Below, piece by piece: positions 35,960 to 45,623 of a DNA stretch of 64,000 bases. The notes under the pieces are model-generated. The model made no database searches, was not told the origin of the DNA, and worked only from the letters and a program-made list of their open reading frames with translations. Position 1 is the first letter of the stretch, and each line of letters begins with the position of its first letter. Origin of the DNA: a virus; the IMG/VR virus record IMGVR_UViG_3300034782_000041, positions 74,407 through 138,406 of that record. The stretch is one strand, 5' to 3'. The position numbers were made by a program, and so were the translations under genes.

Positions 35960-36527
35960 TCAGCTCGTGTTGCGGCCGCACAGCGAGGAATAGCCCGACA
36001 GCTTCTAGCCAACCATCGTCGTCCGGGCCTCGGTGAACCTCAGGCAAGAAGTAGTGCGCCATCGCGTCGAGAGCTGCTTCCAACTTCGTGATGCGCTTCT
36101 CATGAAAAAGCACCAAAGCGTTGGCTTCGGCAGCTGCCTCTTCCAATCGCCGACAGTCGTCGTTCAACCCACAGTCAGGTGCGCTTCTGCTACCTGGCCG
36201 ATTCCTTTCGCCACCGACTGGTTGATCCCTTTCGCCACCGGCAGGGGAGCCATGCATCTGCACCAAGGCCTCCTCCACGCTTTCTCTTCCCCAGTCGCCC
36301 GACCGCCACCACTCGACGGCCTGCAACAACGGCTGAAGCCGCTTGTGCCATGCCTCAATTTCTATTCGGCAGGTGTCGAGAACGGTCACGTATGCGGCCA
36401 GCAACTCTGCTGCCGTGTGCAGTCCTTCGCGTATGCACACATCGCGCATCTCGCGCACTCCGTAAGAGCACGCGAGTACCTCACCCGGTTCCTTCCGATA
36501 CAGATAGTCGAAGCTGCCTCCACTCAT
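35928..36527 (-). CDS. hypothetical protein
   Basis: 199-aa ORF. Confidence 0.45.
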   Translation of the reverse strand: MSGGSFDYLYRKEPGEVLACSYGVREMRDVCIREGLHTAAELLAAYVTVLDTCRIEIEAWHKRLQPLLQAVEWWRSGDWGRESVEEALVQMHGSPAGGERDQPVGGERNRPGSRSAPDCGLNDDCRRLEEAAAEANALVLFHEKRITKLEAALDAMAHYFLPEVHRGPDDDGWLEAVGLFLAVRPQHELSEDLHFYVDG

Positions 36528-36711
36528 GTCATGAACTCCCTATGTAGGTTACTCGTACAGCCCTTTGCCTTTGATCAGTCGATGGAGGAGAGAGGCTCCG
36601 GCTGTCGAGACCAGGAAGGCCCCGACCCCCGACAGGAAGCCGCTAACCAGGGCAACCTGGATCGATACGAACCAGACCCCAAAGGTGATGAGGCGGTTCT
36701 TCTCCACCATG

Positions 36712-37254
36712 TCACTGATCCCTTTGAATGATTCTTGCTACCGGCAGAACACTGTAGTGAGGATGACGGATACGCCACCAAAGTTGGCGCAGCCACATAC
36801 GCCACCAGAGTCGGCGCAGCCACGTTCTCTGCGGTGCTTGCTTCGTACCCACTTCCGGGTGGTAGGCAATCCTGGTGGCCACTGTCTGGTAATGCTCAGC
36901 TAGCTCCTCCTCTGTCGGTTCTCGCCAACCTATAAGTAGCCAACCCGGATCGCTGCGCGTGAATGGGTTCCTGTAGTTGAGGACATCAACGCGAACAAGT
37001 GGCGCAGCGTTGTCCGCAACCTCAATCAGTTCCGCTTTGCTGTCTCGTTCCACCGGAGGATAAAAACCGGGAGCCACGATGAACAGCTTCTCTCTGCGCT
37101 CGCCGATCTGACGCCGACGTGTCGGGCCACTGTCTTCGATGAGTTTACGCATGACTTCACGTACCGCGTGCGGCGCGGCTTCAACGCCTTCCTCGCTGAT
37201 CCAATCGGGCATTATCGACGACGCCTCCGTCGGGGCTTGTGATCCTCTTCCCAC
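36712..37254 (-). CDS. hypothetical protein
   Basis: 180-aa ORF. Confidence 0.45.
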   Translation of the reverse strand: MGRGSQAPTEASSIMPDWISEEGVEAAPHAVREVMRKLIEDSGPTRRRQIGERREKLFIVAPGFYPPVERDSKAELIEVADNAAPLVRVDVLNYRNPFTRSDPGWLLIGWREPTEEELAEHYQTVATRIAYHPEVGTKQAPQRTWLRRLWWRMWLRQLWWRIRHPHYSVLPVARIIQRDQ

Positions 37255-37469
37255 ACGTCGTGCCAGTCGCCGAGTGCTGCATGTTGTTGGGGGCGTTCCG
37301 TTGAGTGTTGTGCTGCGTTCCGTCGTGCCTTGCGTTGGTCACGGCATGGTTTACACCGCTTTGGTGGTGTGAAACCGCGTTCGGCGAAAAACTGCTGTTC
37401 GCCAGCAGTGAACAGGAAGGCCTTCTTGCAATCCGCACAGACGATCTCTACATCCTCATACTCAGCCAT
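37212..37469 (-). CDS. small zinc-ribbon protein (CxxC…FxFTAGEQ.F…PKRCxxCR type)
   Basis: EIVCADCKKAFLFTAGEQQFFAERGFTPPKRCKPCR matches the widespread probable zinc-ribbon family. Confidence 0.5.
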   Translation of the reverse strand: MAEYEDVEIVCADCKKAFLFTAGEQQFFAERGFTPPKRCKPCRDQRKARRNAAQHSTERPQQHAALGDWHDVWEEDHKPRRRRRR

Positions 37470-37542
37470 TTCTCTCCTTCAACTTTCCATTTCGCAGTCA
37501 CTGGGCAACTCACAGGAGTTGTCGAGTCATCACGGGATCAGC

Positions 37543-38118
37543 TCATCGCACCGGCCCCATCTGTGCCAGCTCAGCAGTGGTTATCTGTTCCAGCTCATCA
37601 GCGGTTTCGCGCGACCAGTCGATGGAGTCGGAGCCCCAGTTTGCAACCACAGTACGGTGATCGGCACGGACCGTTAGCACGGCCTTGAGGATCAGATTGA
37701 TAGTGATCAGCGTAGTCCACTTCCACGGTAGTGTAGTCACCCGGTATACCAGCGGGACGGTTTCGTCGTCGGCAAGGTACTTTGGGGGTTCCAACACGTC
37801 ATTCGGCTGCGCACCCAACGCAATGACAACGGCTGAGATCGCATCAAGGCTATCAGGCGTCGCGTACAACGCTTCAGGTGAGTAGCCTTGCTTTTCTAGG
37901 TAGGCAATAGTTCGACGCGCTAACCGTTTTGCCTCGGCACGGATATCCCGAGCCCAGCTGCCAGGCCGGAAGGCGCTATGCGATTTCGCGTTGGCCGTCA
38001 TCGTCAAGGCTTCCCAAGCGATATACGCCGCGATAAGTTTGCGTGGACGTGTCATCGACGGATCGAAGCCAAGCTTCTCAGCAGCGAGCTGCACCAGCTT
38101 TGTAGTCTCGTTAGACAT
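37543..38118 (-). CDS. hypothetical protein
   Basis: 191-aa ORF. Confidence 0.45.
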   Translation of the reverse strand: MSNETTKLVQLAAEKLGFDPSMTRPRKLIAAYIAWEALTMTANAKSHSAFRPGSWARDIRAEAKRLARRTIAYLEKQGYSPEALYATPDSLDAISAVVIALGAQPNDVLEPPKYLADDETVPLVYRVTTLPWKWTTLITINLILKAVLTVRADHRTVVANWGSDSIDWSRETADELEQITTAELAQMGPVR

Positions 38119-38321
38119 TACGCTGCGCCGCGCTGGCTCTTCGGCACGTAGGGCTGCATCACGCAGCCGTCCGGGAAGTGCTCCTCGAACTGGCAGCTAC
38201 CGCACTTCGGACACTTCTCGACGTGCTGTTCCCAGTAGAGTTCACCGCGATCCGTACTTCGCGCTCGCCACTTGTGGTTGCAGTCCCAGCAACAGTAGCG
38301 GCTTGTCAGCTTCTTGGTCAT
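38118..38321 (-). CDS. small zinc-ribbon protein
   Basis: CCWDCNHKW…CPKCGSC. Confidence 0.4.
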   Translation of the reverse strand: MTKKLTSRYCCWDCNHKWRARSTDRGELYWEQHVEKCPKCGSCQFEEHFPDGCVMQPYVPKSQRGAA

Positions 38322-38922
38322 CTCTTCGGGATCAAGACGTTGGAGGCACCAGACCGGGTCACGCGGTTGGTTGCGTAGTCTACTACCACCGGTCCCGGGT
38401 AGACCGTAACCTTGGTCTCGACATAGACGGGTTCGAGCTGGCCAGACTCACCGAGGCAGAGTACCCAGGTTGCGGCCGTGTTCTTCGAGGCGAAGATGCC
38501 GTTGGGTTCTGGCTGTTCGATGGACGTAAGTGCGCCACTACCATTCTCCTCGCCTTCGTCGTCGATGTCAGTGGCAACCAGCGGATTGGTCAAGCTCGTG
38601 TCGTAGGGAATACCATAACCGTAGGACGGGCAATCGCCCTCAACCATACCGTAGTCTGAGCGCCAGACCGAGTGAGTGTTGGCCTTCTGGTTGCGTACCT
38701 TGTACAGCTCGATCACGAGCTGACGTTCCAACGACCAGTTGAAAACAGGGATGGGCTGCGCTTTGGCGTACTGCGCCTGTTGTCGCGCGACCACTTTTGT
38801 GTCTTCAGACGATGCTGTGTCATCACCACATCCGCCCTCGTCCTCACAACCGCCATCGCTCTTGCAGCCGAAGAGCACCAGCACGGCCAACGCAGCTATC
38901 CAGTCCTGTCGCATCATCCTCA
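38318..38922 (-). CDS. lipoprotein (possible o-spanin-like)
   Basis: Start MRMMRQDW at 38922 with GAGGAGA RBS; signal IAALAVLVLFGC lipobox then Cys cluster GGCEDEGGCGDD. Confidence 0.5.
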
Positions 38923-38933
38923 TCGTCTTCTCC

Positions 38934-39239
38934 TCAGTTCTGTTGAGCCCTCGCAGTGCGAAGGCGAATTCGAGTTGCCCGCGCCTGAGCTTCCAGGTTG
39001 GCGCGGGTTGTCGTATCCAGCTCGGGGTTTTCGAGCTGGGCGTTGATCTCAGCAAGCACCGCCTCGTCATTCGCGATCTGCGCCTTCAAGCCCTCTGAGC
39101 GCTGATAGCTCTCCTCGAAGACCTTCCGCTCGATACGCGTCTCACCCCAAAGCCCGAAGTACCGCGTGCCCAAACCGATGGCAGTCAACAGAACAGCAAT
39201 GACGCCGACTGTAATGATAGCTTTGATTCCGTGAAGCAT
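38934..39239 (-). CDS. single-pass membrane protein with coiled coil (possible i-spanin-like)
   Basis: Start MLHGIK at 39239 with AGGAGA RBS; N-terminal TM AIITVGVIAVLLTAIGL then coiled-coil region; lies immediately upstream of the lipoprotein gene. Confidence 0.4.
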   Translation of the reverse strand: MLHGIKAIITVGVIAVLLTAIGLGTRYFGLWGETRIERKVFEESYQRSEGLKAQIANDEAVLAEINAQLENPELDTTTRANLEAQARATRIRLRTARAQQN

Positions 39240-39468
39240 TGTTGTCTCCTTGAGCCGTAAGACAGGGCCCATGTTCAGTCGAATACCTCGTAGCTTCGCC
39301 GCATCCCGCATCGAGAGCACCTCCAGATGACGTACTCCGCGTGCTCTTCTTTGGATTCTGGTGGATAGTCATGATCGCAATCGTTGCGGCCACCCGAACT
39401 GCGGCCAGTCATAGGATGACAGTAGTCGGGGAGTTCAATTTTACGGCCTAGTCCCTGCCAGTCTCTGG

Positions 39469-40140
39469 TCATTCCTTACTCGCCTCTTCGGCTTGATCGA
39501 TTTGCTCACAGAGTAACTTTGTGGACGCTTTGGGATCACCGGTTGCGGCAGCCGCTGCGAGCGCGTCCTGCAAGTCAGCGTCAGTAAGCGCACGGCGCAT
39601 GAGTGCGCGCTTCCACTTCGTCGGCATTACTTCCTGCACGAATGCTTGGAGTGTTTGGCTGCCGTGCCATATCCTCGCGAGCGCGTTTTTCTGCATCTCA
39701 GCCGCTTTGATATCAGCTCTACACGCCGCAATATGCCGTGCAAGAATTCCGGGCAAAGCGCGCCAGAGCAAGATGAGTTCGTGCGCATTGCCACAGTGGA
39801 CCGCGCCCGTAAGGCCTTCTATATGTGCTCTCTCGTTGGGGTCGGTAGCATAGATTAGACGAGTCTTCCCACCGTACCCAGACGCGTCGCATGTGGCGTG
39901 GCCCCGAATTCCATCCTTCGAGCACTTGACGATCGCTTGGAGTACGACCTCTAGCGCGTCCTTCGCACGGAGAAATTCTAGTTCTACTTCATGCTCCCGC
40001 TTTGTCACCTTGCGAGAAACTTCCAACGCTTCATCGCAAAGGCAGAGCACATCAAAGTCCAAGTCGTGGCCTGCCCCCTCGTCTGCGCCCCAATCCCAAG
40101 TGTTATCACTGGCCATTTCTACCACTATGTGAGACTGCAT
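39469..40140 (-). CDS. hypothetical protein, tandem paralogue A
   Basis: Shares …LWRALPGILARHIAAC…KRALMRRALTDADLQDALAAAAATGDP… with the neighbour (…VWLALPIILDEHIAAC…KRALVKRVFEDAEMQAALGAAISTEDP…). Confidence 0.5.
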   Translation of the reverse strand: MQSHIVVEMASDNTWDWGADEGAGHDLDFDVLCLCDEALEVSRKVTKREHEVELEFLRAKDALEVVLQAIVKCSKDGIRGHATCDASGYGGKTRLIYATDPNERAHIEGLTGAVHCGNAHELILLWRALPGILARHIAACRADIKAAEMQKNALARIWHGSQTLQAFVQEVMPTKWKRALMRRALTDADLQDALAAAAATGDPKASTKLLCEQIDQAEEASKE

Positions 40141-40748
40141 TCTTGCGTCTCTCGCTCGAAGTCGCTGGCAGCGCCGTCGCCGCTGTCGTCCACCTGATCA
40201 TGCATCAGTTTCGCAATCGCATGCGGGTCTTCCGTGCTTATTGCAGCACCGAGTGCGGCCTGCATTTCAGCGTCCTCGAATACGCGCTTGACCAAGGCGC
40301 GCTTGCGTGTCAGCGGTGCGGCTACTTGCAGTAGCGCGCTAACGGCTTCGATACCGTTACTCAACGCATTCGCATTGTCGCATTGAGCAGCAGCCGCAGC
40401 AGAAGCAAACTCACAAGCTGCAATGTGTTCATCAAGTATGATGGGAAGCGCAAGCCAAACCGCCTGCAAATGACTCATCTGTGCGCAGCCTTTCAACTCT
40501 CCTGTATTGGCTACAATTTGCAGGTCCTGGTTGTGCTCGTCGGGGTAGATCACCAAAACACCTCCGACACGTGTAGCCGACGTTCCACGGATGCCTCCTG
40601 CTGCGCCTGCAATGCTACGCAACAGTTGCTCCAACACGGCTTTAGCGCGTACGAAAGCTGCGTGGCGGGCTCTTTCGAGCATTACTGCCTGACGGCCGGC
40701 CGTGAGTGTTTGTTCAATCTTCGCGATGTCGATCGCGGGAATGTCCAT
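40125..40748 (-). CDS. hypothetical protein, tandem paralogue B
   Basis: See paralogue A. Confidence 0.5.
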   Translation of the reverse strand: MDIPAIDIAKIEQTLTAGRQAVMLERARHAAFVRAKAVLEQLLRSIAGAAGGIRGTSATRVGGVLVIYPDEHNQDLQIVANTGELKGCAQMSHLQAVWLALPIILDEHIAACEFASAAAAAQCDNANALSNGIEAVSALLQVAAPLTRKRALVKRVFEDAEMQAALGAAISTEDPHAIAKLMHDQVDDSGDGAASDFERETQECSLT

Positions 40749-41142
40749 GTCGAAATCCTATTACATTGGCCTGACGGTGCTCAGATTGTCTGGTAGCCAA
40801 CTGAGCACGCTGGTAGTCGGGATCGAATTGGCAGCGTAGCCGATCAATTTCACTTTGTAGCCGCTGCATCAACTCAGGTGGTACGCCGGGCGGCGCGTCA
40901 CGCTCCATTGCCTCCAACTTGCGTAGGTGCCGTCGTGCCCTTTGACGCTCCACGAAGTACGTCCACTGGACTTCGAGCCACAGACGTCCGGTCCACCAGG
41001 GCATCGTGAACACAGCCCACCAACTCGTCGGTGTAAGCCCGCGACCATCACGCTGACCCGCGCCGACCCAATACGACCAACACCACAGAATGAGTGCGTA
41101 CCAGAAAATCGCGGCTGCGATTATGACGACACAGACTACCAC
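40714..41142 (-). CDS. hypothetical membrane protein (start uncertain, possibly GTG)
   Basis: Hydrophobic VVVCVVIIAAAIFWYALILWCWSYWV region; the ORF-track 5' extension overlaps the upstream gene. Confidence 0.3.
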   Translation of the reverse strand: MVVCVVIIAAAIFWYALILWCWSYWVGAGQRDGRGLTPTSWWAVFTMPWWTGRLWLEVQWTYFVERQRARRHLRKLEAMERDAPPGVPPELMQRLQSEIDRLRCQFDPDYQRAQLATRQSEHRQANVIGFRHGHSRDRHRED

Positions 41143-41915
41143 CGCGGGCTCTTGGGCGGCTTGCGTGTACGCTGACGAATAGCACGCAGTGCTGCGTTGT
41201 GCATATCCTGGACGAAGCTGAGCGCGCGCTTGTCGCCGTTTTCTAGCAGCTCCAAAAGTCTCGTTGCTGTCACGCTGTGCGCTGCGTTCGCGAGTCCGAA
41301 CCGTTCTTCTGGATCGCCGCGCCGTAGATAGTTGCGCAGCGCCGCAGTCACCATCGCGCAGCCGCGCTCTTCGACGACAGGTTGTGCTTCCGCTGGATAG
41401 TAGGAAGCCGTACGCACGTAGAACGATCCACGCTCGTAGTTGCCCTCCAAAATCAGCTTGACATGCTGACCACACAACGCGTGCTCAACAGCGTCTGTGT
41501 TGTCCGCTTCGTCGCTGAAACCTGCGGGGAACATGAGGAGAAGTGCACGCTCGCCAGCTTCGTTGACACGGGTCAGGTCGCGGAACGTAAGCCCTTTGGG
41601 AAGCACAACCAACCCGTAGGGGAGCTTTTTTTGCTGCGCTGCCCGACGCTCCCCGATCTCCAGCCCTGCGGGCAGAATCGCGCGGACGTCATCGAGCGCC
41701 TGTTTGGTCATGACAGGATCCCATCGCTCGTTGCCCAATGCATCGTGTCCAGTCAGCCGTTCAACAACGGTCGTACCTTCTGCGTCCTCGACGAGTCTGA
41801 GAGCTTCGCCGCGAAGTTCTCCGGTCCAGACAACACTACTCTTGTTGGTGACGGTTTCTATACTCACGTCGCGCATGATACACCCTGGCTGTGACAAGCT
41901 GTGGGGCAGGTTCAT
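41136..41915 (-). CDS. hypothetical protein
   Basis: 259-aa ORF. Confidence 0.5.
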   Translation of the reverse strand: MNLPHSLSQPGCIMRDVSIETVTNKSSVVWTGELRGEALRLVEDAEGTTVVERLTGHDALGNERWDPVMTKQALDDVRAILPAGLEIGERRAAQQKKLPYGLVVLPKGLTFRDLTRVNEAGERALLLMFPAGFSDEADNTDAVEHALCGQHVKLILEGNYERGSFYVRTASYYPAEAQPVVEERGCAMVTAALRNYLRRGDPEERFGLANAAHSVTATRLLELLENGDKRALSFVQDMHNAALRAIRQRTRKPPKSPRW

Positions 41916-41933
41916 CGAGGTGCTTCTCCTCGA

Positions 41934-42233
41934 TCAATCACCGTTTTCGGTCTCCTCTTCTGTGAAGACCTCTCGATGCAGACGAATCTCCGTCCGCGTC
42001 TTTTTCGCGACGAGGGACCCGACTGTATGCTCACCCATCTTGAGGATTACGACGAACGCCTCCTCATCCGTCTTCGTCATCACAGCAGCCGGGATGTAGA
42101 CGACGGATACAGGTAGGTCAACCACAAACAGGCGCTCCATCGAGATGCTACTCGGCCTCATCATCGAGGGTGCGCCGTATCTGGGGTTGTGAAGAAGTGC
42201 AGCAACGCGAGTGAACCGTCGAAGGCTCGACAC
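41934..42233 (-). CDS. hypothetical protein
   Basis: 99-aa ORF. Confidence 0.4.
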   Translation of the reverse strand: MSSLRRFTRVAALLHNPRYGAPSMMRPSSISMERLFVVDLPVSVVYIPAAVMTKTDEEAFVVILKMGEHTVGSLVAKKTRTEIRLHREVFTEEETENGD

Positions 42234-42434
42234 AGTTTTTCGTGTTGCAGCGAGTAACCTTTGTGGAGTCTGCGTTCGTGCTCCAACTGGTTTTTCAGTT
42301 GGGTGACCTCTCCGTTTAGCCGGGAAACCTCACTTATCAGGTTGGCTTTCTCAGTTGCCAGGCTCGTGATCTGTTTGCGTAGATCGGCGTTTGTCGGTCC
42401 TGCCATAGTGTTTCGCTTTCCGCCCTGCTAACTG

Positions 42435-42716
42435 TCAGAGTCCTAACTTGTTGCGGATGTCGTTCTTGGTGTCCTCGATGCCCTTGTTGTAGTACCGCTC
42501 CCTCACGCGACGGATGAGGCAGTGCGCGACTCGCTGCAAGAAGTCCATATCGCCTGTGTCACCGGCCGCGCGGATCTCGTAGACGTAATCCTCAACGGTG
42601 TGGTAGGAGTGAGGCTCAACGTTGTCGCCGAACATCGAGCTGCGGCCGAACACACGTAGGCCGATGGCCTCCTTCGAGTAATGGTCAGAGGTGTTCACAG
42701 GCGTTCTTTTGGCCAC
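42435..42716 (-). CDS. hypothetical protein
   Basis: 93-aa ORF. Confidence 0.4.
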   Translation of the reverse strand: MAKRTPVNTSDHYSKEAIGLRVFGRSSMFGDNVEPHSYHTVEDYVYEIRAAGDTGDMDFLQRVAHCLIRRVRERYYNKGIEDTKNDIRNKLGL

Positions 42717-42889
42717 ACTGCCCGTACGCCTTGGCGTTCGAGGTGCTCTAGGATGCGTGGCTCGATGCTTGAATAGTCGATCGTCAGCAACGCGGAATCA
42801 CAAAACGCTTCACGGAACGCTTCACGGATCTTATGGCCCAGCTCCGTACGGACCGGAATGTTGTGCAACGGTATTCGGCGACGGCCCAT
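42695..42889 (-). CDS. hypothetical small protein
   Basis: Start at internal MGRRRIPL abuts the neighbouring gene without long overlap. Confidence 0.35.
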   Translation of the reverse strand: MGRRRIPLHNIPVRTELGHKIREAFREAFCDSALLTIDYSSIEPRILEHLERQGVRAVWPKERL

Positions 42890-42890
42890 C

Positions 42891-43232
42891 TCAAACACCC
42901 AAGCGGTCGATGACCCAGTCCATGAGGACGTCGAATCCACCCTCGACGTACTCACTCGATGGCGCGTCCCAGCCAACCAAGGTCGAGCACCAGCCCTTGA
43001 CGAGATGGTAGGCGTACAGCCTGTCAGTGTGGCTGTAGCCCTCGAATGCTTCAGTGAGCGGGACCGCGAAGTTGTCCACGCGGTGCAGGAAGATCTTCAC
43101 GCGGCTCTGAAGCGGTGTGTTGTCCTTGGTCCGCTCGTGGATCTGCTGGAGCGTCTCAGCGAGCGGGGGATTCTCACGACGCTCGATATGATCGGCGAGC
43201 CATTTGGCTACATCTTCTTTTGTGTACTGCAT
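42891..43232 (-). CDS. hypothetical protein
   Basis: Start MQYTKEDVAKW at 43232 (TCAT overlap with the upstream stop); the ORF-track N-terminal 124 aa is low-complexity. Confidence 0.45.
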   Translation of the reverse strand: MQYTKEDVAKWLADHIERRENPPLAETLQQIHERTKDNTPLQSRVKIFLHRVDNFAVPLTEAFEGYSHTDRLYAYHLVKGWCSTLVGWDAPSSEYVEGGFDVLMDWVIDRLGV

Positions 43233-43233
43233 T

Positions 43234-44157
43234 TCACTTCTCACTCTTGTGCAGGATTTGGTTGACAGCGCGCCGGACTGCAACTGACACGGTCTCAGCA
43301 GGCTCATCTTCGTAGTAGGTGACGCGTACTCCGGGGTCCTGGTAAATGACCGCGCCGTCGATGTCGTAGATTTCGCCGTCCCACAAAACGTCGCCTGGGA
43401 ACGAACGCAGGAACCGCTCGCCGCCGGGAATTTGGAGGTAGATGTGTAGCGCGAGCATCTCCTCCGCGGCTGGGATATCCCAATCGTGGGTGCAGACCGA
43501 CCGCGAGTCATCCACGTCGTAGAGTACGGTACGTCGCAGGGCCAACTCGTCGTTCGCATGACGGCTCGTGATGAGGTAGCGATGTCCTGTCGTCTGGCCG
43601 ACACTGAGGAAGCGTTGGTAGCGCCGGAAGTCTTCGAGCTGGCCCGCGTCGAGGAACGCGGTCAACACGCGGCGGGCCTGAATTTCAGCGTTCTCGAAGT
43701 CAGGAAATGGACAACCACGCGTCGGTGCGGCAATGCTGGTCGCAGCCTCCGGTTTCCTCGCCGGGATGATCTTGTCTGGTGTTACCGGCTCGCGGTACGG
43801 ACCGCTATTGGCCTCGTCCTTGGGTGACTCGTCCTCGAAGTCTGCGGTGCGAATCTCTTCGATGGTGCCGTCGGAGAACTTGACCGCAGAGATGACCTTA
43901 CGCTCCGGTTTCAGGAAACGTGCAATGACGCCGGCAACCTTGTCGATGGGTGCTCCCACCATCGTCGTGCCCGTCCAGTCCAGCCTCTCCGTCGCAGCAA
44001 GCCAACCCTTCTTCGTAGCTGTCTTCCGCAGCCGGTCCAGCGCTGCCATTTCCTGGACGCTCAGATTCTCTGCGATCACCTTGCAGCTCTCCGGGCCCGT
44101 CGGCTCCACTCGGATGTCCCCGTAGAAGCTCGGGATGTACCACACCGGAATGTGCAT
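43234..44157 (-). CDS. hypothetical protein
   Basis: 307-aa ORF with strong AAGGAGA RBS before ATG at 44157. Confidence 0.5.
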   Translation of the reverse strand: MHIPVWYIPSFYGDIRVEPTGPESCKVIAENLSVQEMAALDRLRKTATKKGWLAATERLDWTGTTMVGAPIDKVAGVIARFLKPERKVISAVKFSDGTIEEIRTADFEDESPKDEANSGPYREPVTPDKIIPARKPEAATSIAAPTRGCPFPDFENAEIQARRVLTAFLDAGQLEDFRRYQRFLSVGQTTGHRYLITSRHANDELALRRTVLYDVDDSRSVCTHDWDIPAAEEMLALHIYLQIPGGERFLRSFPGDVLWDGEIYDIDGAVIYQDPGVRVTYYEDEPAETVSVAVRRAVNQILHKSEK

Positions 44158-44593
44158 GACTGTTCTCCTTCTGTAGATCGGCTGTTAGCTTGGCGATCCG
44201 CTCGTCAATAACTGAGATGTCTTGATCAGCCTCTTCCATCAGTGCACGCAGGTCGAAGAGCTTACGTAGCCGCGTCTCCTGCTCACGCTCCATGTAGAGG
44301 CGGATGACCGGATGAAACGCACCAACGACTTCACGGATTACGTCAGCCTGGTTTGTTGTGTGGTCACCACCACCAAGCACGTAGTTGGCGCCGTCTTCAG
44401 CGTAGTGAACCACACCAGCCTCGTAGTCAATTGCCATTTCGCCGACGCGCATTGCGGTTTGCTGATGCAGCGCATGCGCGAGCTTGGCAATGCGCGTGAT
44501 GCGCTCGAATCGCAGTCGATCAGGGCTGTCGAGCAGGTCGCGAATGATCTCAGCGTAGCCGTCGAGGATGTTGTCAATCAGCTCAGTTTTCAT
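43898..44593 (-). CDS. hypothetical protein (3' end uncertain; frame overlaps downstream gene by ~260 nt)
   Basis: N-terminal ~150 aa protein-like (MKTELIDNILDGYAEIIRDLL…); C-terminal tail low-complexity. Confidence 0.4.
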   Translation of the reverse strand: MKTELIDNILDGYAEIIRDLLDSPDRLRFERITRIAKLAHALHQQTAMRVGEMAIDYEAGVVHYAEDGANYVLGGGDHTTNQADVIREVVGAFHPVIRLYMEREQETRLRKLFDLRALMEEADQDISVIDERIAKLTADLQKENSHAHSGVVHPELLRGHPSGADGPGELQGDRRESERPGNGSAGPAAEDSYEEGLACCDGEAGLDGHDDGGSTHRQGCRRHCTFPETGA

Positions 44594-44792
44594 CTGGCTT
44601 GTCCTGAGTAAACACCTCGATGCCGAGTGCTTCGAGCGCGTTCACGAGCCGGGTGTGTGCACCTATGCCAGAGAGCTGCTCACAGGCTTCTCGCCAGTTC
44701 TCAGCCGGCACGAGGTAGGGAATCTGGGTTTCGTCGTCGCCATCCAGCTCGAATAGCAGCAGCTTGTTGGGCATGTCGTTCTCCTTGGTGGT

Positions 44793-45041
44793 TTATATTT
44801 TCTCTACCCGCTTTTGCCGGTAGTGGCAGATACGCGTGGTGTCAGGTTTTCTTAGCCTAGCTATGTTGACCGCGTGCTGTTTAGCGCGCTCGTAGCTGCC
44901 AGTAAAATGACCACCGACATAGCCAGTAAGGCAATCCAGACCGTTGAATGTGGGACCTGGATGCCACTTGCCGCTACTATCTTGAACTTCTACTGTGTAG
45001 ATGTTTTGTCTCATCGCTAGCCCACGATCGACTTCAGCCAT
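44793..45041 (-). CDS. hypothetical small protein
   Basis: Start at internal MAEVDRG. Confidence 0.35.
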   Translation of the reverse strand: MAEVDRGLAMRQNIYTVEVQDSSGKWHPGPTFNGLDCLTGYVGGHFTGSYERAKQHAVNIARLRKPDTTRICHYRQKRVEKI

Positions 45042-45339
45042 TGAATTCCTGATCCCTGAGGAACTTGCGTTCCATGTAGATGTCACAAGCTGCATGCAGC
45101 GCCTGACGGAATTCGCTGTCGTGCACTGCGCGTCGTAACGCACGGCGAAAAACTCCTGGTAGGTAATCGCCGTGACGGTGACGGCGCAAACGTCGCCAGA
45201 CATCGTCTGCCCAGGGTGCCACGAGGTGAACTACACGTGTTTGATCCTCTGACAAGACCTTCTTCGTGCGAACGCCGTGACGGTGCAGAAAACGAGCTGT
45301 GGCTTTGTCGATCTCGCGCCAGTCACGGGTAGGTCTCAT
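45034..45339 (-). CDS. hypothetical protein
   Basis: 101-aa ORF. Confidence 0.4.
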   Translation of the reverse strand: MRPTRDWREIDKATARFLHRHGVRTKKVLSEDQTRVVHLVAPWADDVWRRLRRHRHGDYLPGVFRRALRRAVHDSEFRQALHAACDIYMERKFLRDQEFNG

Positions 45340-45359
45340 CGCTGGCCGTCTCCTGCCGT

Positions 45360-45623
45360 CTACGGTTGGCTCCGCAATCTGGTGTGGATGGCACGAAGTT
45401 CCGCTTCCGTGCGCGGGCGGTTTTTTCTAATCTCCTCACGGCACTTGCACCGCCATTCCATGCCATGCTCGCTCAGCCAGCGCATAGGACACGCCGAGAT
45501 CTCCGAGTCATTTTGCCTTACCCATGTCCCGCAACACTCGCAGTAGCCCCGAAGATTATCGTCCATGGGGTGGATACGAAGAACGTAATCACCGTCCGAC
45601 ATATTCGGCGTGCTCAGTCTCAC
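45360..45623 (-). CDS. hypothetical Cys-rich small protein
   Basis: CECCGTW…CPMRW…CKC. Confidence 0.4.
   Translation of the reverse strand: MRLSTPNMSDGDYVLRIHPMDDNLRGYCECCGTWVRQNDSEISACPMRWLSEHGMEWRCKCREEIRKNRPRTEAELRAIHTRLRSQP

Noticed and set aside
44154-44593. Programmed frameshift joining 43898-44593 and 43234-44157 (260-nt overlap)
   Set aside because: The downstream gene has its own strong RBS (AAGGAGA) and ATG, and no slippery heptamer was seen at the overlap. More likely the upstream ORF's 3' tail is an untranslated frame artifact and its true stop needs re-examination.
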